From positions 199 to 64,198 of the forward strand of contig JAHJMO010000009.1 in the NCBI GenBank assembly GCA_018821245.1: 64,000 nt of DNA, written 5' to 3'. Origin of the DNA: Patescibacteria group bacterium. GTDB taxonomy: Bacteria > Patescibacteriota > Microgenomatia > UBA10105 > UBA927. The position numbers were made by a program, and so were the translations under genes. The notes under the pieces were generated by a model, which had not been told where the DNA came from, made no database searches, and was given only the letters and a program-made list of their open reading frames with translations. Below are positions 9,921 through 22,333 of the stretch, in pieces; position 1 is the first letter of the stretch, and every line of letters begins with the position of its first letter.

Positions 9921-10673
9921 TTATATAAATTTCTGCCACAACTCCATGAACCTTTCTCCGTACATTATGGTCAAAACAGCTCCTAAAATTAAAAACGGGC
10001 CGAACGCGATCCTGCTTTTTAACGACCTTTTTCCTGTCAACATCAGTATGACACCCACGCAAGCACCCGTCAAGAACGCGAAGTACACGGCTTCAACAAT
10101 CTTTGGAAAGCCCAAAAAAAGACCCAAAACGAACGCGAGCTTTGCATCACCCAAGCCCATTCCCCGGCGTTTGGTGACAATCCATAGGAAGAAGAAAAAC
10201 GCAAAAGCCGCCAAAGCAGATATGCCATGATTGATGAGTTGAAAAGTCGAGGCGCCCAAAGCTATGGCACACAACGCCACAGCGACAATCGAAACAACCA
10301 ACATGCTGTCGGGAATGATCTGGTATTTCATGTCTGCAATGAATATCACAAGAATCGCCGAAAATAAAAGCAGGGATGATAAGAAAAGAATAGGGGACCT
10401 GCCATACAATACAAATAATGTCGCATACGCAACACCCGTAACAAACTCGATCGTCGGATATTGGAAGGAAATATGCTTCCTACAGCGCCTACAGCGACCA
10501 TACTGCACTACATAAGAGATAATCGGTACTAGTTCATACCACCGCAACTTTTTTTTACAATAATCACAATGAGAACGCCCCCAAATAACATCCTCTCCTT
10601 TCGGCAGGCGATCAATGAGGATGTTGAGGAATGACCCACAGAATAACCCGATTATCAATAGAATATCTCTCAT
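9921..10673 (-). CDS. pilD: Prepilin peptidase (A24)
   Basis: GSFLN, RSHCDYC..L.WYELVP, GRCRRC Zn motif, D..YQIIPD, GMGLGDAKL, IAFGPFL. Confidence 0.95.
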   Translation of the reverse strand: MRDILLIIGLFCGSFLNILIDRLPKGEDVIWGRSHCDYCKKKLRWYELVPIISYVVQYGRCRRCRKHISFQYPTIEFVTGVAYATLFVLYGRSPILFLSSLLLFSAILVIFIADMKYQIIPDSMLVVSIVAVALCAIALGASTFQLINHGISALAAFAFFFFLWIVTKRRGMGLGDAKLAFVLGLFLGFPKIVEAVYFAFLTGACVGVILMLTGKRSLKSRIAFGPFLILGAVLTIMYGERFMELWQKFI

Positions 10674-10687
10674 GATAGAATAAAAAA

Positions 10688-12880
10688 ATGAAACATAAAT
10701 GGGCGGATCTGCTTTATTTATTTGTTCTCACTTGTTTCGTTATAGCTTTCTTTCTCCCCTTATTCTATCCCGAACTCAAACTGTTTGCCACACCAGATGG
10801 AAGACTCAGCGATATTTTCCATTTTAACTATCCGCTTAAAGATTTACTCAGCAAATCGCTGAAGCAAAATAGATTACCTATATGGACAAATCTCGTAGGC
10901 ATGGGCTTTCCTCCAATTGCCGAAGCTGAAATAGGTGCGTTTAATTTACTTAATATAATTCTTTTCAAATTTTTTTCTACACCCGTTGCTTATAATCTCG
11001 GATATATTACGACGTTCCTTCTTTTTGCATACGGCATGTTTTTTATCATGCGAAGCTTTAAAGTCCCAAGAGGCATATCTTTTTTATGCGCGTATATCTT
11101 TACGTTTTCTGGTTTCCATATCGTCCAAATTCCGCACTATAATCATTTACAAACGTTTTCCTATTTTCCGATTTTATTCCTTTTCTGGAAATATACGCTC
11201 GACAATCCGCACTCCAAACGCTGGCTCTTTATCCCGCTTATAGCATCACAAATGATATTTGCAGGGCATTATCAATATATATTCATGTCTATCGTTTTTC
11301 TTATCCTCTATACGTACTTTTTCCATAAAGGCAAAAAAAAGATAGTGTCATTATTTATAAATAAAATAACCGTCACAATACTATTTTTTACGCTTGGTTT
11401 ATCAAGCATGCAATTGCTACCGTCTTATGAATATTTCATTATTTCCCAAAGGAATACTATACTCAAACTCTTTTCTATTAATATCGGCGGCTTATCGCTC
11501 CCACATCTATTGCAGTTTATTTACCCTTATATATTAGGCGATATACGCATTGGAACATACAAAATATTCCTATACCGCATTAATTTTTGGGAAACATTTT
11601 CTTATATAGGAATTATCCCTTTACTTTTTGCGATCTTGTCTATTGCATCAATAAGAAAGAACGGGAGTGTAAGAAAATATTGGTATATCATAACTATATT
11701 ATTAATTCTTGCGTTCGAAGGACACTCACCTTTTTATTTTTTGTTCTCATTCGCTCCTCTGTCTTGGTTTCGTGTTCACTCACGATTTATTGCGTTTGTC
11801 TCGTTTCTTCTCGTATTATTATTTGGTTTTGCCTATGAAAAATTTATTTGCCTGCTTAATAAAAAAATAAAGCGCAAATATGCGATCTTATTTCAAGCTA
11901 TCGTTGCAATTATTATTTTTTTCGATATATGGCACTTTGCTTCCGCCTATAATGCATCTATTTCTGTAAATTCATTATACAAACCGCCGGAAACAGCTGC
12001 GTTCATCAATAACTTTCCTTCGAAACGAATATATACGCTTGGGATAAATAATGAATGGTTTTCCTATCTCAACGCCAACGGATGGAAGGATATAAAAGGA
12101 TATATCTATCTCCTGAACGGCTTAGGACCGAATGTAAATATGCTTTATGATATTCCCCAGATACAGCTATATTCCGGATTTAAAACCAATAAACTCGAAT
12201 ATCTTGACCAATATATTCAGTCGAACATTGTCATGGATACCCAAAAAAATACAGCTTCACTGTCGGGTATCGGCATTAACTCCCTTCGTCTCGTTGGAAC
12301 AAATTTTGTCATAGCTCCATATCACATATCAAACACGGAACTGTCGCTAGCGCAAACAGTGAAAAGCAATATCTCTAAACTAAATGACATCAATATCTAC
12401 CAAATACCATCCTCTCAACCCATGTATTACATTACACAAAATATAGACTATGCGTCCGGCATACGTGAACTTGCTCAAAAGATTGATAACGACGAGTGGT
12501 ACAAAACGTATGATGCTATCGTAGACACTAGAAAAAAAATAACCGTAGAAGATGCGTCACATTTTAACAAACAATTATGGGTAGTAAAGGACACTGAAAT
12601 ACATAAAACTTTTCGTTCTCTGACCGATCAAGACAGTTACTTCATACTTCTTATGAATAACTATCCCGGATGGGAAGCTACAATCGATAATACATCTATC
12701 CCTATTCTAAACAGTAATATATCTTCTATGGCCGTGTATCTCCCAAAAGGGGACCATATACTGACTTTTTCCTACTTGCCAAAAACGATAATTATGGGGG
12801 CAATTATTTCAAGTATTTCAACGCTCATGTATCTTCTTTATGTCATTTATACACAGACGGGTCGTATATGGTTCTTTTAG
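10688..12880 (+). CDS. YfhO-family polytopic membrane protein (GT-C-like)
   Basis: SDIFHFNYP, LPIWT...GFP, about 12 TM segments, FRVHSRF, C-terminal NYPGWEATID...LPKGDH + TM; AT-rich. Confidence 0.8.
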   Translation: MKHKWADLLYLFVLTCFVIAFFLPLFYPELKLFATPDGRLSDIFHFNYPLKDLLSKSLKQNRLPIWTNLVGMGFPPIAEAEIGAFNLLNIILFKFFSTPVAYNLGYITTFLLFAYGMFFIMRSFKVPRGISFLCAYIFTFSGFHIVQIPHYNHLQTFSYFPILFLFWKYTLDNPHSKRWLFIPLIASQMIFAGHYQYIFMSIVFLILYTYFFHKGKKKIVSLFINKITVTILFFTLGLSSMQLLPSYEYFIISQRNTILKLFSINIGGLSLPHLLQFIYPYILGDIRIGTYKIFLYRINFWETFSYIGIIPLLFAILSIASIRKNGSVRKYWYIITILLILAFEGHSPFYFLFSFAPLSWFRVHSRFIAFVSFLLVLLFGFAYEKFICLLNKKIKRKYAILFQAIVAIIIFFDIWHFASAYNASISVNSLYKPPETAAFINNFPSKRIYTLGINNEWFSYLNANGWKDIKGYIYLLNGLGPNVNMLYDIPQIQLYSGFKTNKLEYLDQYIQSNIVMDTQKNTASLSGIGINSLRLVGTNFVIAPYHISNTELSLAQTVKSNISKLNDINIYQIPSSQPMYYITQNIDYASGIRELAQKIDNDEWYKTYDAIVDTRKKITVEDASHFNKQLWVVKDTEIHKTFRSLTDQDSYFILLMNNYPGWEATIDNTSIPILNSNISSMAVYLPKGDHILTFSYLPKTIIMGAIISSISTLMYLLYVIYTQTGRIWFF

Positions 12881-14906
12881 ATTCATACTCTTTACTATAT
12901 TCAAGCAATTGTTCATCATCGGGATAACACTTTCTACGAAGAAGGTCAGAAAGAGACAGGATGGCAAAATCATTGTTCCACCTTGTTCTCATGCCATCCA
13001 AACCTTGTTTCGCTAATTCACACTGATTATTGTTTATATAAAGCGAAACGATGTCAGAAAAAAGATTTATTTGGTTGTCTCTATCGCTCTCTATCGATAA
13101 ACGAAGCTGGTCAAGCGATTCTTTACCAGAATTTGCATATGCCAGGATACCCGAATAACTTACACGCCTGGTAGTATAAATTCTATTTATATCACTTAAT
13201 AATAAATCGCCTTGCCGGTTCAACTCACCCGATGAGGGTAATACAAAATTCTTCCAAAGATATTCATTTTTTTGAACGATAAGAACAGGGTCAGGAACAT
13301 CTTGCTCCGTAGGATAATACATCTTCACTAAACCGTGCGGTATCCATAATCCTTGAGTCGTCGACAATTCCAGATCACTCGCGATCGGTCTATAGGGAAA
13401 ATTTTTTTGAAAAAAAGCTATCTGATAATCGGATAAAAAGCTATCCTTATCCATTTCGGGTAATACAATATCTGGGTATCTGACATGCAATGCTTCCCTA
13501 TATTCCGATCTGTCTAATAAACTCAATCTGACATATGCTATATCCTGACGCTTGCCTGCCACATAATATGCATAAAGAAACGCGCTTGCTGTCGTATCTT
13601 CACGAAGTGTTACAATTGAGCGCTGGGGTATGCTTAAAAGCAGATCATCTGCATACGTTTCCATTCTTCGATCAAGAGTTGATGCATGAAGAGGCTCAAC
13701 GTTTGACATAAACGTCCGCGCCAAATATACGGTACATATCAAATACACAAGGAATACCACTCCCCGAGCCGGAATGATATGAATTGTAATATCTGTTTTC
13801 CATATCTTTTCTATTATTTTTATCGCTGATTGCAGTCCTATCCCTACAAAAACAGCAAATATTTGATACGGTATGATAAAAAATCTCTCTAACGTTCCTA
13901 AATTAAATTTAAGCAAAACCGGAAACCCTGCATAAAATAAATAGGCAATCTGTAGGCTTATGTAAAGAAGAAGAAATGTCCCGATTTTGTGCCTTTTTCT
14001 CAATTCTGCTACCGCGAAAATGATAAAAATAACTCCCAATACGGAAAAGTCCTTCCACGCATACCGGAAAAACGTTGTTACATTAAGAATTCTATCGATA
14101 AGCATTCCTGTTTGATATCCGGCCGCACGAAACGTGCCATAAGAAGCTCTAAAAAAAAGCCTAATAAATCCGACTAAACTTGCAGGGTGCTCGATATCAA
14201 GCGGTGGATTATAAGAAGATGCTATGGGAGCATAGATATAAGGAATAAATCCTACTATAAAAAGCGCGATACAGGCAATGCTATGCGCCTTTATTTGTTT
14301 TATTAAATGAGGCAACTTCCAAATAACTGTGACAGCAACAGCGACAAAAGGAATAATAATTAGGTGATGATGCGTCATCGATAACCCAAAAAGAAAAAAT
14401 AACATATACAAATACACGACAGATTCCGTCATAAGCCAAAGGAGCGATACATAAAGAACGAGAGAAGAAAAAAAAGCATGTAATCCAAATACTTCTTGTA
14501 CGATACCATAGAGCCATACAGGATAAAGCAATCCATATAATAAAGAAGAAATCGTTGAAGCTACTTTATTTTCTGTGAGAAGATAGACGGTTTTCCATAT
14601 GAAAAAAACGGAAAGCGCCATGGGGATAGAAGAAAGGAACCCTGCACGCCAAGCGACTGAATTTGCCTGAAGTCCGTGTATCACCAGCCCGGATAAAAAC
14701 GTGTAGAGGGGATATCCGGGCGGATGACTGATCCCCCGCACGAACGCGGCGGTCACAAGCTCACCAGAATCACCTCCATAGACCCCGTGCGCCTGCATGA
14801 AAACATAAAGAATTCCAAAAATACACGATACAAATACCGGCCATAAAAAAACCACAGTATCTTTCATCTGTGGTTTTTTGTAGTTCTTACCCGACGTTGA
14901 TTTCAT
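12843..14906 (-). CDS. DUF2723/TMEM260-like membrane glycosyltransferase (GT-C)
   Basis: GGDSGELVTAA...SHPPGYPLY motif, GLSMTHH, ERFFII, multiple TMs, helical C-terminus. Confidence 0.8.
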   Translation of the reverse strand: MKSTSGKNYKKPQMKDTVVFLWPVFVSCIFGILYVFMQAHGVYGGDSGELVTAAFVRGISHPPGYPLYTFLSGLVIHGLQANSVAWRAGFLSSIPMALSVFFIWKTVYLLTENKVASTISSLLYGLLYPVWLYGIVQEVFGLHAFFSSLVLYVSLLWLMTESVVYLYMLFFLFGLSMTHHHLIIIPFVAVAVTVIWKLPHLIKQIKAHSIACIALFIVGFIPYIYAPIASSYNPPLDIEHPASLVGFIRLFFRASYGTFRAAGYQTGMLIDRILNVTTFFRYAWKDFSVLGVIFIIFAVAELRKRHKIGTFLLLYISLQIAYLFYAGFPVLLKFNLGTLERFFIIPYQIFAVFVGIGLQSAIKIIEKIWKTDITIHIIPARGVVFLVYLICTVYLARTFMSNVEPLHASTLDRRMETYADDLLLSIPQRSIVTLREDTTASAFLYAYYVAGKRQDIAYVRLSLLDRSEYREALHVRYPDIVLPEMDKDSFLSDYQIAFFQKNFPYRPIASDLELSTTQGLWIPHGLVKMYYPTEQDVPDPVLIVQKNEYLWKNFVLPSSGELNRQGDLLLSDINRIYTTRRVSYSGILAYANSGKESLDQLRLSIESDRDNQINLFSDIVSLYINNNQCELAKQGLDGMRTRWNNDFAILSLSDLLRRKCYPDDEQLLEYSKEYESKRTIYDPSVYK

Positions 14907-14908
14907 GC

Positions 14909-15430
14909 CTATTGGATACACCAATAGCAAGCTACTCCACCCGGACAATTAGTTGCGTCCAGCGCTCCAAGTTTAGTGTATTTCGTGTTAGGATCGGCCG
15001 CAAAAGATTTTGATGTTGGCTTATAACACACCGATACAAAATTGTTTGTCTGACTTCCCGTCACAAATATTTTACCAAGCTTCGCCGCCTGGATTGTCGT
15101 AAAATCAGATTTTAACTCTCCTGCATTTACCATCTCTGAAACTGAAGCTACCATGGGTGCTGTGCTTAAATCTGTACCGCTTGGGTCTGCAACACAGCCT
15201 GTTCCTGTCGGACACCACGGCATATTGTTCTTGATGGAATAGTATCGTATGACTCCCGTCTGCACTTGGTTCACCAAGTCTCTCGTGCTTGTATCTGTTC
15301 CTTTCTTCAACTGTTCAAAGGGGTCCAGGGCTCCGATAAGTCCTACAGCAAGAGCGCCCAAAAGTGCAATAACGATAAGGAGCTCAATAAGAGTAAAACC
15401 AGCTTTTTTCATAAAAATATTTTGTTTCAT
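14909..15430 (-). CDS. Probable major type IV pilin
   Basis: KKAG/FTLIELLIVIALLG; Cys pairs; very strong SD (AAGGAGGGGGTGAT) and own TTGACA (15476-15481) upstream. Confidence 0.8.
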   Translation of the reverse strand: MKQNIFMKKAGFTLIELLIVIALLGALAVGLIGALDPFEQLKKGTDTSTRDLVNQVQTGVIRYYSIKNNMPWCPTGTGCVADPSGTDLSTAPMVASVSEMVNAGELKSDFTTIQAAKLGKIFVTGSQTNNFVSVCYKPTSKSFAADPNTKYTKLGALDATNCPGGVACYWCIQ

Positions 15431-15503
15431 TGTTTATCACCCCCTCCTTATGGTTTAACATACACAAAAATCGGTTGTCAAGTACATAAAGCCCCGCCCT
15501 ATA

Positions 15504-16715
15504 TCATTTTATTGCGCTGGTTAGGCTATATATCGGTGTTATCACCGATATGACGATAAAGCCCACACCCAAACCGAGAAACACCATAATCATAGGTTCC
15601 ATTGCCGTAGTCAACCCTCTCACTAAGTGTTCCGACTCGTTCTGGAAATACACCGATAGTTTGGTAAGCGTCTCATCAAGCTTCCCTGTTTCTTCTCCTA
15701 CTTTCATCATCTGGGAAACGATGGGGGGGAACACCTCATGCTGACTGAACGATTCTCCCAGTGAAAATCCTTTCTCTACTTTCTTTGTGATATCGGAAAC
15801 GGCATTCCGGAAAAGAACATTCCCAAGAGACCCCTGCAATACCCGCAGTCCATCCAGAATATGGATGCCTGCAGTTATAAGCATCGCCAGAGTCCTTGTG
15901 AATTCCACAAGGATAATTTTCTTCTGCAGTTCACCAAAAAGCGGCAACCGCAGAATAAGCGAGTCCACGGTATATTCTCCCGGAGGTGTTTTGTACCATT
16001 TTTTGAAGGCAAATACTCCTCCAGCGGCCGCGGCAATCATCAGCCACCAAAAATGGACAAAGAAATTTGATATAGCAATAAGCAGGCGCGTCGTTCCCGG
16101 AAGAGTCAGGTTCATGTCGGTATAGAGGCTCGTCAGTTTCGGCACCACAACGGTCATCATAATCATGATGACCGCCGCCATTCCGACTAAAATAATAATA
16201 GGGTAAACCATCGCCCCAGATACTTTGCTCCGAAACTCCTGCTGTGTCTCCATCGTCTCCGCCAGACGGGACAACACGGTGTCAAGCGTTCCTGATGATT
16301 CACCGGCTCGCACAAGGGCTATGTAGATTGGAAAAAAGTGTTGAGAGTACTTCGACAAACCGTCTGCCAAATTTCCTCCTCCTACGATGTGCTGCTCCAG
16401 ATCACCCAAGACCTCTGCAAAAACAGGATTTTTGGTTTGAGTCCGGAGTATCTCCAGTGCATCAGGAAGCGATAACCCCGCTGTAACCATCGTCGAAAGC
16501 TGTCTGGTAAAATTGACGACGTCGGAAAACTTCACTTTTTTCAGAGTGACTACATTGGATAATCCTCCGCCAACACCGCTTGATTTTCGTAGTGAAAGTA
16601 CTATTAATTGCTTCTTGTGAAGGAGTTGGGACGCAATCTGCTGCGTCGGGGCTTCAACAGTGCCGCTTACTGCTTTCCCTTCAATCGTCCGTGCTTTATA
16701 TTGGTAGAATGCCAT
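15504..16715 (-). CDS. pilC: Type IV pilus platform protein PilC (T2SS F family)
   Basis: FTRQLSTM..AGL, AGESSGTL, AMVYP, VGEETGKLD, EPMIM. Confidence 0.95.
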   Translation of the reverse strand: MAFYQYKARTIEGKAVSGTVEAPTQQIASQLLHKKQLIVLSLRKSSGVGGGLSNVVTLKKVKFSDVVNFTRQLSTMVTAGLSLPDALEILRTQTKNPVFAEVLGDLEQHIVGGGNLADGLSKYSQHFFPIYIALVRAGESSGTLDTVLSRLAETMETQQEFRSKVSGAMVYPIIILVGMAAVIMIMMTVVVPKLTSLYTDMNLTLPGTTRLLIAISNFFVHFWWLMIAAAAGGVFAFKKWYKTPPGEYTVDSLILRLPLFGELQKKIILVEFTRTLAMLITAGIHILDGLRVLQGSLGNVLFRNAVSDITKKVEKGFSLGESFSQHEVFPPIVSQMMKVGEETGKLDETLTKLSVYFQNESEHLVRGLTTAMEPMIMVFLGLGVGFIVISVITPIYSLTSAIK

Positions 16716-16726
16716 ACATGGGTTTT

Positions 16727-17785
16727 TTATGAAGACGACCTGAGACTCCTCTCGAGATCATCCGGTCGAAGTGCATAACTTCGGGCTACTTCTAATTGAA
16801 TCGTACCTGCCCGCACGTGTGTTGCAAGTGATGTCTCCAGAGTCATCATTCCAAATTCTGCGGATGTTTGAATGATGTTGTCTATCTGATGCGTCTTGCC
16901 TTCCCGAACAAGCGTTTTGATAGCGGGTGTTGCGGTAAGAACCTCTGCTGCAAGCGACCTGCCGCCTGATGTATTTGGCACTAAACGCTGGGAGATAATT
17001 GCGCCAATAACGGAAGACATCTGCAACCGAACCTGTAATTGTTGATTTTCAGGAAATACGTCAATCACACGATCCACTGATTGTGCTGCTGAATTGGTAT
17101 GAAGCGTCGCAAATACCAAATGACCGGTTTCTGCTACGGTAATTGCCGCCTGTATTGTTTCAAAGTCACGCATTTCCCCGACAAATACAATATCCGGATC
17201 CTCGCGAAGAACGCTTCGGAGCGCCACGTTCCAGGAAAGTGTATCACCATGCATCTCGCGCTGCGAGATGATAGATAAACCCTTGGCGAATACATACTCA
17301 ACAGGATCTTCTATTGTCACGATATGCTCCGCTCTTGTCGTATTGATGTGCTGAATCATGGAGGCTATACTGGTAGATTTCCCATGTCCCGTTGGGCCGG
17401 TTACGAGAATAAGCCCCTGCCGCATTTTCACGAGTTCCATGCAAATCTGTGGAAGGCCTAACTCCGCCATCGATTTAATCTTGCTTGAAATAAGTCGGAA
17501 CGCTCCGGCCAATGACCCCTTTTGATAATAGACATTCGCCCGAAACCGACCGCTGGGACATCCGATAGAGTAGTCTAACTCCCTATTGGTAGTCAACAAT
17601 TCTTTTTGTTGCTCGTTGAGGGTCGCTACTATCAGACGCTGGGTATCATCCGGCGTAAGTATGGACTCGCCTTGGACCGGAAATAATTTTCCAGCAACAC
17701 GTAACACAGGAGGGGAACCAACGACAAGATGCAAATCAGATGCTTCCCTCCTTGCAGTTTCGGCAAAAAGCTGTTGAATGTCCAT
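16727..17785 (-). CDS. pilT: Pilus retraction ATPase PilT
   Basis: ASDLHL, GPTGHGKST, TIEDPVEY, LREDPD, AETGHLVFATLHT, AIKTLVRE (AIRNLIRE-like). Confidence 0.94.
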   Translation of the reverse strand: MDIQQLFAETARREASDLHLVVGSPPVLRVAGKLFPVQGESILTPDDTQRLIVATLNEQQKELLTTNRELDYSIGCPSGRFRANVYYQKGSLAGAFRLISSKIKSMAELGLPQICMELVKMRQGLILVTGPTGHGKSTSIASMIQHINTTRAEHIVTIEDPVEYVFAKGLSIISQREMHGDTLSWNVALRSVLREDPDIVFVGEMRDFETIQAAITVAETGHLVFATLHTNSAAQSVDRVIDVFPENQQLQVRLQMSSVIGAIISQRLVPNTSGGRSLAAEVLTATPAIKTLVREGKTHQIDNIIQTSAEFGMMTLETSLATHVRAGTIQLEVARSYALRPDDLERSLRSSS

Positions 17786-17790
17786 ATTTT

Positions 17791-19518
17791 TTAATCCTGT
17801 GCTACCCGCAGCACTTCCTCAAGTGTTGTAATTCCCTCAAGCGCTTTGAGATACCCGTCCTGCTTCATGGTGATCATGCCCTCGCTGACAGCCTGCCGCT
17901 CTATATCCCGCATCGTTGACCGGGTCAACGTAAGTTTGCTTATGGCGTCAGTTACAGGAAATACTTCAAAAATACCAATCCTTCCATGGTATCCCATTCC
18001 GCCGCACGAATCGCACGCCGACGGATTATTTCCTTCGGTTTTATTTCGATAGAGTACTATCTTTTTATCCTTGGGTATCAAATCACCCAATACTGATCTT
18101 ATGTCCGAAACTACAGCGGCATCAGGTTCGTACTCAACTTTACAGCTGTTACAAAGTTTTCGTGATATACGTTGTCCGGCGACAGCGTTGAGGGCTGAAG
18201 CGACCAAAAACGGTTCTGCTCCCAGATCCAAAAGTCTGGGAATTGCTCCAGACGCATTATTTGTATGCAACGTAGAAAATACAAGATGTCCTGTCAACGC
18301 CGCCTGAATGGCCAGTTCTGTCGTTTCTGTATCCCGAATCTCACCAACAAGAATAATGTTGGGATCCTGACGGAGAAACGACCGCAAGCCTGTCGCGAAT
18401 GTCAAACCGGCCTGAGGATTGATTTGCACCTGATTGACACCGGAAATCTGGTACTCCACAGGGTCCTCCAGCGTCATGATATTGACTTTTGCATTATTTA
18501 ATACGGCCAACACAGCATAGAGTGTCGTTGTTTTACCCGATCCCGTAGGTCCAGTAACCAAAATAATACCGTGAGGACGCAGGATACTCGCCTGCAGGTT
18601 CTTGAGCGCCATACCCCGCAACCCCAGTTCAGGCAATGTCGGTACCCCGCCGGACTTCTTGAGAAGCCGCATGACAATCTTTTCTCCGTTAACCGTCGGC
18701 AATGTAGAGACTCGCAAGTCTACTTCCGACTCTCCCATCCGGAAGTTAAATCTTCCGTCCTGCGGTATGCGCTTTTCGTCAATCTTCATATCGCCCAAAA
18801 TTTTTATGCGGGATATAACTGCTTCCTGAAGTTTTTTGGGGAGCATAAGACGTTCCTGTAAAATGCCGTCTACCCTGTATCGTACTCTCGTATCTCCTTC
18901 CTGCGGCTCAATATGCACGTCAGAGGCCCGAATCCGTATAGCCTGTTCAAGTATTGCCGAAACAATCTGAGCAATCGGTGCTTCACGAATAACTTCACCC
19001 AAGTGACCGGCTTCATACGTCTTCACCGTAGTAGGCGTGCTTTCTTTGAGAGCTGCAGACACATCGGCGCTGAGATTCTGGGTGTAAATATCCTCAATAA
19101 CAGCCATGATGTCTTCTTTCATGGCCATATACGGCTTAATGGTTTTTCCGGACTTTTTCTCCAAAAATTCTATAACCTGAAAATCCAAGGGGTCCATCAT
19201 TGCCACCGATAGTTCTGCGTTTTTCTGACCATATTGAAAAGGGACCAACACGTATCGCCGGGCGACTGCTTCCGGAATGTGGGTTACGATATCCGGAGAA
19301 ATTGCTTTACCGGAAAGCGCGATAAAGGGGACATTGAGGGTTTTTGCGCGTGCCTGCACTATATCCTCATCAGAGACCGTGTATTTCTTTTTCAAAAGGA
19401 CCTCGACTGCACTTCCCGTATTGAGAGATTCTACCCGAACGGCGTCTGCCGTTGCCTGGCTGATCTTTTTATCCTCAAGAAGCTGGGAAAGGATATCTTG
19501 GGCAGTAGATTCTGGCAT
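17791..19518 (-). CDS. pilB: Pilus extension ATPase PilB/GspE
   Basis: ASDVHIEP, PQDGR, GPTGSGKTT, LRQDPN, tetracysteine CxxC...CxxC, GRIGIFE. Confidence 0.95.
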   Translation of the reverse strand: MPESTAQDILSQLLEDKKISQATADAVRVESLNTGSAVEVLLKKKYTVSDEDIVQARAKTLNVPFIALSGKAISPDIVTHIPEAVARRYVLVPFQYGQKNAELSVAMMDPLDFQVIEFLEKKSGKTIKPYMAMKEDIMAVIEDIYTQNLSADVSAALKESTPTTVKTYEAGHLGEVIREAPIAQIVSAILEQAIRIRASDVHIEPQEGDTRVRYRVDGILQERLMLPKKLQEAVISRIKILGDMKIDEKRIPQDGRFNFRMGESEVDLRVSTLPTVNGEKIVMRLLKKSGGVPTLPELGLRGMALKNLQASILRPHGIILVTGPTGSGKTTTLYAVLAVLNNAKVNIMTLEDPVEYQISGVNQVQINPQAGLTFATGLRSFLRQDPNIILVGEIRDTETTELAIQAALTGHLVFSTLHTNNASGAIPRLLDLGAEPFLVASALNAVAGQRISRKLCNSCKVEYEPDAAVVSDIRSVLGDLIPKDKKIVLYRNKTEGNNPSACDSCGGMGYHGRIGIFEVFPVTDAISKLTLTRSTMRDIERQAVSEGMITMKQDGYLKALEGITTLEEVLRVAQD

Positions 19519-19588
19519 ATTTGATATTATTATCGTTTTTTTTGTACTATAATGCAACTACGGTTTCTCGCAAAGACACATAAAACCT

Positions 19589-20287
19589 ATGCATGCCTTT
19601 CTTATCACAGGAGCTACCAAAACAGGAAGACTTGAAGAAATCGACAGGCTATGTACAGAGCTCACAATATCCCGTCATGATCGAATCTTCATTGAACCTG
19701 AAACAAGCTCTATCGGCATTGCACAAGTCAGAACGCTCGAACGACGGCTTGTCCTTAAACCATACCTGTCATCATCCACGGCAGCAATCATACATGACGC
19801 CCATTCTCTCACGATCGAAGCACAACAAGCTCTATTAAAAACCCTAGAAGAGCCGCCAACCCACTCACTCATTTTTTTGGAAACCGACAACACGTCTTCG
19901 CTTCTCCCGACGATCATCTCCCGCTGTCAACTGAAGCATCTTGCGGTCCATGCCCGATATAGCCAGAAAGAAATTGATTCATGTCTGAATATACTGAAAC
20001 AGTTGAGTGCTCTCTCAATCGGAAATCGTGCAAGGCTTATAGAAAATATCGCGAGCTCTCGTGATAACGCCAAACAATGGGCTGATCTTGCGTTATACAC
20101 CATGCACCGGATCATGCTTTCGGAACACCGTGTTCACCAGTCATTTTTCCGCGCTTTCCAAGATTCTGGCGCGTTCAAAACCGCTCCTCTGGTCCGGTCC
20201 CTTATCATCGCACAGCAACAACTTGCTGCCAATGTTTATCCGATGTTGGTGCTTGATTCAGTATTCTTATCGTCACCGTCTCCCTAG
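19589..20287 (+). CDS. holB: DNA polymerase III delta' subunit-like
   Basis: HAFLITG, IGIAQVR, AQQALLKTLEEPP, LLPTIISRC. Confidence 0.85.
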   Translation: MHAFLITGATKTGRLEEIDRLCTELTISRHDRIFIEPETSSIGIAQVRTLERRLVLKPYLSSSTAAIIHDAHSLTIEAQQALLKTLEEPPTHSLIFLETDNTSSLLPTIISRCQLKHLAVHARYSQKEIDSCLNILKQLSALSIGNRARLIENIASSRDNAKQWADLALYTMHRIMLSEHRVHQSFFRAFQDSGAFKTAPLVRSLIIAQQQLAANVYPMLVLDSVFLSSPSP

Positions 20288-20313
20288 ACAAGCTTTTCAC
20301 TATACGCTACAAT
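20285..20313 (+). promoter_or_regulatory. Sigma70-type promoter of gyrB
   Basis: TAGACA-N17-TACAAT; GC hairpin GCCCCGC-CGGAT-GCGGGGC (20344-20362) in the leader. Confidence 0.55.
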
Positions 20314-20338
20314 GGAAATTGCTCATCTATTGACATAA

Positions 20339-22300
<1,962 letters not shown>

Positions 22301-22333
22301 TAATAATATTTATAAGCTAAAAGGAGGACTGAT

